Below are positions 25,424-32,000 of a DNA stretch of 32,000 nt, one piece after another. Source of the stretch: an uncultured Opitutales bacterium (GTDB taxonomy: Bacteria > Verrucomicrobiota > Verrucomicrobiia > Opitutales > JAIRKQ01). Made by a program: the position numbers and the translations under genes. Location of the stretch: contig CAZOAG010000001.1 of assembly GCA_964577805.1 (NCBI GenBank), positions 174,192-206,191 on the forward strand, in the 5' to 3' direction. The notes under the pieces were generated by a model. The model saw only the letters and a list, made by a program, of their open reading frames with translations. It searched no databases and was not told the origin of the DNA. Positions within the stretch are counted from its first letter, which is position 1, and each line of letters opens with the position of its first letter.

Positions 25424-27850
25424 TTATTCTTCTTGCACTTCTATAACACGTGATATCCCAATTAATTTATCGTTTTTTTCTAACGTGATCAATCGAACAC
25501 CACTTGTTGACCGCCCAATTACACGAATACCACTGACGGGAGAACGAATTGCTTGACCATCTGACGTCAACATCATGATTTCATCATTGTCCGATACTGT
25601 TAGCGCTCCAGCAATTTTTACACATTTATGTAGCTTCATCGCGATAACACCAGAACCACCGCGTTTTTGCAAACGATAATCATCAAATTTTGATCGTTTA
25701 CCCTGTCCGTTTTCAGCAGCTAATAAAAATGTCTTTTTATTATCAACAACTGTCATTGCACGAACAACATCACCTTCTTTCAGCATGATGCCACGTACAC
25801 CACGTGTATTTCTTCCTTGGTCACGAAGGTCATTTTCATTAAACTTGACTGACATGCCATTGGCTGTTATAATTACGAGTTCGTCGTTCCCAGATGTCAA
25901 TAATGCTTCTATTAAAGCATCACCATCATCAATTGCTATACCTATAATACCACCCTTACGAACATTTTTATAATCTGCCAAACACGTTTTCTTCGCGATT
26001 CCATTTTGAGTACAAATTACCAAATATTGATTCTCAGAAAACTCTTGAAAACATATCATAGCAGATAGTCGCTCATCTTTTTGCATCGCCAAAACATTTA
26101 TTAATGCACGGCCTTTCGATGTACGAGAGCCCTCTGGAACATTGTATACTTTCTCAACATACACACGGCCATTATTCATGACAAACATCAGATTATCATG
26201 TGTATTTGCCGTGAACATATGTTCTACGAAATCTTCTTCATGCTGTCCAGCCCCGATAACTCCTTTGCCACCACGTTTTTGAGAACGATAGTAATTGGCA
26301 GGTGTGCGTTTTATAAACCCATTATGAGAGACTGTTATCAAACAGCATTCATTCGCAATGACATCTTCTATTCTGAACTCACCTGCATCATGCTCTATTT
26401 GTGTCTTTCTCGGAGATGCATATTTTTCACGCATTTCAAGAAGTTCATTTTTTACCAATGATAACAATGCATGATCATCAGATAAGATATCACGATAATG
26501 TTCTATCATTCTTTGCAATTCACTAAACTCATCTTCTATTTTATTTCTTTCAAGACCAGTCAGTTGATATAACCGCATTTCTAATATAGCATCCGCTTGA
26601 CGTTCTGAGATAGGATATCTTGCGATCAATTCTACTTTTGCTTCTTCGCGATTTGCAGATTGACGAATAATCCGAACGAAATCATCCAAATTATCTAACG
26701 CGATTAAAAAACCTTGTAAAATATGAGCACGTGCTTCCGCTTTTTTTAATCGGAATGCCGTCCGTCTTGTCACAACATCCCGACGATGTTCAATATAACA
26801 TTCCAGCATCTCTTTGATATTCATTTGCTTTGGGCGCAAATGATCCAATGCCAACATGATTACACCAAATGATGATTCAAGCGGTGTTTCTTTAAACAAT
26901 TTATTGATCACTACCCGTGCGGGAGCATCACGTTTTAGTTCAATAACAATACGTGTATTTTCATCTGATTCATCACGAAGATCACTGATTTCATCAAGTA
27001 CTTTTTCATGTACTAAATCTGCTATTTTGGTAACAAGAACAGAACGGTTTACAGCATACGGAATTTCCGTTATAATTATTTGTTCACGACCATTAGGCAA
27101 TTCTTCAACATTCGCTATACCGCGAACTTTTATTATACTACGCCCTGTCGTCAAATAACGTTTAATATTTTCTTTCCCTACTACAACACCGCCTGTCGGG
27201 AAATCAGGCCCATGTATAATATCACATAACAATTCCACATCAACATGCGGTTCATCAATGATTTTACATGCTGCATCTATTAACTCAGACAAATTGTGCG
27301 GCGGAATATTTGTTGTCATCCCAACAGCTATCCCTGTAGAACCATTCATCAACAAATTTGGTAGGGCTGACGGCAATACGCTAGGCTCTGTCGTACTTTC
27401 TTTATAATTTGGAACAAAATCCACAGTATCTTCATCGATATCTCGCAACAGATCTTCTGATACAGTATGCAATTTACATTCTGTATATCTATATGCTGCA
27501 GCTGGATCGCCATCAACAGATCCAAAATTTCCTTGAGGAAATATTAATGGATACCGCATTATCCAGTGTTGTGCCAATCGCACTAAAGTATCATAAACAG
27601 CAGTGTCACTGTGAGGATGGTAGTTTTTCAAGACTTCACCAACAACACCAGCACACTTATCAAATGGTTTATTATACAACAACCCCTCTCGCAACATGGC
27701 ATATAATATACGCCGTTGAACAGGTTTTAATCCATCACGGACATCAGGCAACGCACGCGCAACAATGACAGACATCGAATAATCAATGTACGATGACTGC
27801 ATTACATCAGTAATGTTAGTAACAGTAATTTTACTTGGTTTCGTTTCCAT
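25424..27850 (-). CDS. gyrA: DNA gyrase subunit A
   Basis: DGLKPVQRRILYAM, HPHSDTAVYDTLVRLAQ, the AAAYRYTE active-site Tyr region, and C-terminal beta-pinwheel repeats. Its start lies 1 nt after the gyrB stop. Confidence 0.96.
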   Translation of the reverse strand: METKPSKITVTNITDVMQSSYIDYSMSVIVARALPDVRDGLKPVQRRILYAMLREGLLYNKPFDKCAGVVGEVLKNYHPHSDTAVYDTLVRLAQHWIMRYPLIFPQGNFGSVDGDPAAAYRYTECKLHTVSEDLLRDIDEDTVDFVPNYKESTTEPSVLPSALPNLLMNGSTGIAVGMTTNIPPHNLSELIDAACKIIDEPHVDVELLCDIIHGPDFPTGGVVVGKENIKRYLTTGRSIIKVRGIANVEELPNGREQIIITEIPYAVNRSVLVTKIADLVHEKVLDEISDLRDESDENTRIVIELKRDAPARVVINKLFKETPLESSFGVIMLALDHLRPKQMNIKEMLECYIEHRRDVVTRRTAFRLKKAEARAHILQGFLIALDNLDDFVRIIRQSANREEAKVELIARYPISERQADAILEMRLYQLTGLERNKIEDEFSELQRMIEHYRDILSDDHALLSLVKNELLEMREKYASPRKTQIEHDAGEFRIEDVIANECCLITVSHNGFIKRTPANYYRSQKRGGKGVIGAGQHEEDFVEHMFTANTHDNLMFVMNNGRVYVEKVYNVPEGSRTSKGRALINVLAMQKDERLSAMICFQEFSENQYLVICTQNGIAKKTCLADYKNVRKGGIIGIAIDDGDALIEALLTSGNDELVIITANGMSVKFNENDLRDQGRNTRGVRGIMLKEGDVVRAMTVVDNKKTFLLAAENGQGKRSKFDDYRLQKRGGSGVIAMKLHKCVKIAGALTVSDNDEIMMLTSDGQAIRSPVSGIRVIGRSTSGVRLITLEKNDKLIGISRVIEVQEE

Positions 27851-27851
27851 C

Positions 27852-30476
<2,625 letters not shown>

Positions 30477-31370
30477 TTAAATGTTGCGTGCTATGCTTAA
30501 TCGTGTACTCTGATTCTGCTGTAGTATTTCTTTTATAGAACTTATTGTATTTTGAATATTGCGATTAGAAGTGCTATACGCAGATTGCATATTTCTTAGT
30601 TGCTGCATATTAAAATTAAACAATGCGCTATTCAAACTTGCCTCTGTAGTGATAAACGATGCTTTGCGTTGCTGTTTTGCTATGTCTATCTGAACTACAC
30701 CTTGCACTATTGTAGTTATAGAAGATGCAGCATTAGCGATCAATTGTATGGCTCTAAAAGAGCCAGTGACAACTGAAGATATTTTACTTGCAATTTTTGG
30801 AATTTCTCCCAACACTGCCACGCCACCAGAAACAACACCAATACAACCTATAACTATCTGTACACTACCCATGGCAATTTGCAAAATTGCCTGTTTTTTT
30901 TCCGCCTCATATGTCGTTTTTGCTTCTGCCATTTTTAGCTCATACACAGTATCTGCTGTTTTTTGAGCTACTACTTTTTTTGCGGCAATATCTTCATATC
31001 TTGATTGTCGTTGATCTGCTGCGGATTTTGTCATCATCAACATGACCAAAAACATGATGTCATTCAAAGAACATTTTTTAACAAGTCCATTCGACCCATC
31101 CAATAAATCACTGATTTTGTTGAGCTCACCAGATTTAAAGCCACCAACTGCATCATCAATTTTACAGACATTATTATCTGTAAAACCATAAAACACGTTA
31201 TCAGCGTACCGTGTTACCTGATGAGGCAATATCGTCATCTCAGGAACTGCAGCTGACACAACACGAGCTTTTTCTCCCTCTGTTGATGAAGCACCTTCAC
31301 TTGATGTTGGATCGTCTAATGAAGCATTACTGCCTATCGGTTGTCCTCTTTCTGTTTCAATATTCGTCAT
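30477..31370 (-). CDS. Orphan membrane protein with type III secretion minor-translocator (YopD/SctB)-like architecture (family member B)
   Basis: 297 aa. Polar N-terminus with no Sec signal. Met/Leu-rich helix CSLNDIMFLVMLMMTKSAADQRQ. A single central G/V/I-rich TM segment LQIAMGSVQIVIGCIGVVSGGVAVLG. Amphipathic C-terminus ending SIARNI, identical to the end of ORF 9209..10354. I am confident the CDS is real; the functional call is inference. Confidence 0.45.
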   Translation of the reverse strand: MTNIETERGQPIGSNASLDDPTSSEGASSTEGEKARVVSAAVPEMTILPHQVTRYADNVFYGFTDNNVCKIDDAVGGFKSGELNKISDLLDGSNGLVKKCSLNDIMFLVMLMMTKSAADQRQSRYEDIAAKKVVAQKTADTVYELKMAEAKTTYEAEKKQAILQIAMGSVQIVIGCIGVVSGGVAVLGEIPKIASKISSVVTGSFRAIQLIANAASSITTIVQGVVQIDIAKQQRKASFITTEASLNSALFNFNMQQLRNMQSAYSTSNRNIQNTISSIKEILQQNQSTRLSIARNI

Positions 31371-31440
31371 ATAGCAACCACACGCGTCGTTCGCAGTGTT
31401 GAAAAATAAAACAATATGTCAAATCGTAATTTTTAGAACT

Positions 31441-32000
31441 TCACACCTGAGACAACATCCAATTCTCAATCCAATTGATTAAATCCTGTATATTTTGGTC
31501 AGTTACGATGTTCTCACGTGCACTCAATAACGATTTTACATAATGTTGAATATCTGCTGACAACGAGCACAACCAATCTTGGTCAACAGCATATCCTTCG
31601 CACTTACTCGTTAAATAAAGTGCCTTGAACAACACTAATTCTGGATTTAATCCTTTTTTTAAATTTTGTATAAATTTATATAAAATTGTCAAAAGAGATG
31701 GAATTGCAACACCATCAAAAACAATATTACGTAATATTTGTACGAATGATACTGCATACCGATAACTACCATTTTGACGCAACAATTTTTCGTTATTATT
31801 ACAAATTGTTAAAGAATTTATTATTCCATATGTGTCGTTCACTAAATACCCGACGATTTCAACATCTGCGAACATGATTTCATGCAAAACCGGTTTGTTA
31901 TTTTTTTTGAAAAACCATCGTGAAATGCCGTAATCCACTGTAAAAACATCAATCGCTATTGCACTGCAAGATTTACCATCATGATTCGATTCATGTACGG
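31441..32000 (-). CDS. recO: RecO-like DNA repair protein (5' end lies outside the window)
   Basis: The frame stays open to the window edge (VHESNHDGKSCSAIAIDVFTVDYGISRWFFKK...). It aligns by eye with the RecO OB-fold (..DVFT...G......K) and with the helical region (PELVLFKALYLTSKCEGY compares with the RecO PE..LR.FEL.LL..LGY). I made no profile check. Confidence 0.5.
   Translation of the reverse strand, partial: VHESNHDGKSCSAIAIDVFTVDYGISRWFFKKNNKPVLHEIMFADVEIVGYLVNDTYGIINSLTICNNNEKLLRQNGSYRYAVSFVQILRNIVFDGVAIPSLLTILYKFIQNLKKGLNPELVLFKALYLTSKCEGYAVDQDWLCSLSADIQHYVKSLLSARENIVTDQNIQDLINWIENWMLSQV

Overview
This is an AT-rich bacterial chromosome segment (AT-richness judged by eye, not computed), densely packed with housekeeping genes under the standard genetic code. 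TAA, TAG and TGA each terminate well-conserved genes at the expected lengths. The conserved backbone is: mutS 3' end; tandem USP; nusA-infB-rbfA-DHH(nrnA-like)-truB-ribF on the + strand; SRP RNA; dnaG-rpoD on the - strand; ddl; tRNA-Lys; pheS; infC; an amidase_3 cell-wall amidase; gyrB-gyrA on the - strand; and a recO-like gene running off the 3' edge. The nusA-infB-rbfA-truB-ribF order, the gyrB-gyrA pair, a Cys-rich autotransporter-type barrel and type III secretion (T3S)-like accessory genes suggest an obligate intracellular, Chlamydiae/PVC-like organism. That placement is inference only. Several unrecognisable genes sit between the housekeeping blocks, and these are the parts worth a second look. 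(1) Two paralogous membrane proteins have T3S-translocator-like architecture and the identical C-terminus SIARNI. They lie 20 kb apart and neither has a chaperone gene next to it. (2) A YscI/SctI (inner rod)-like gene with its own promoter sits just downstream of rpoD. (3) A three-ORF orphan cluster lies downstream of tRNA-Lys. Its first two ORFs look like one roughly 600 aa gene split by a -1 frameshift at an A6-G-A6 tract. (4) A charged-repeat, Cys-cluster orphan protein is convergent with the first translocator-like gene. There are also signs of reductive evolution: a RibF lacking its riboflavin kinase domain, a DnaG with 3 of 4 zinc ligands replaced, and a roughly 1 kb run of ORF fragments with in-frame stops. 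I saw no CRISPR array, IS element, integrase or rRNA. All functional calls rest on motif recognition from the translated ORFs; no database search was possible.
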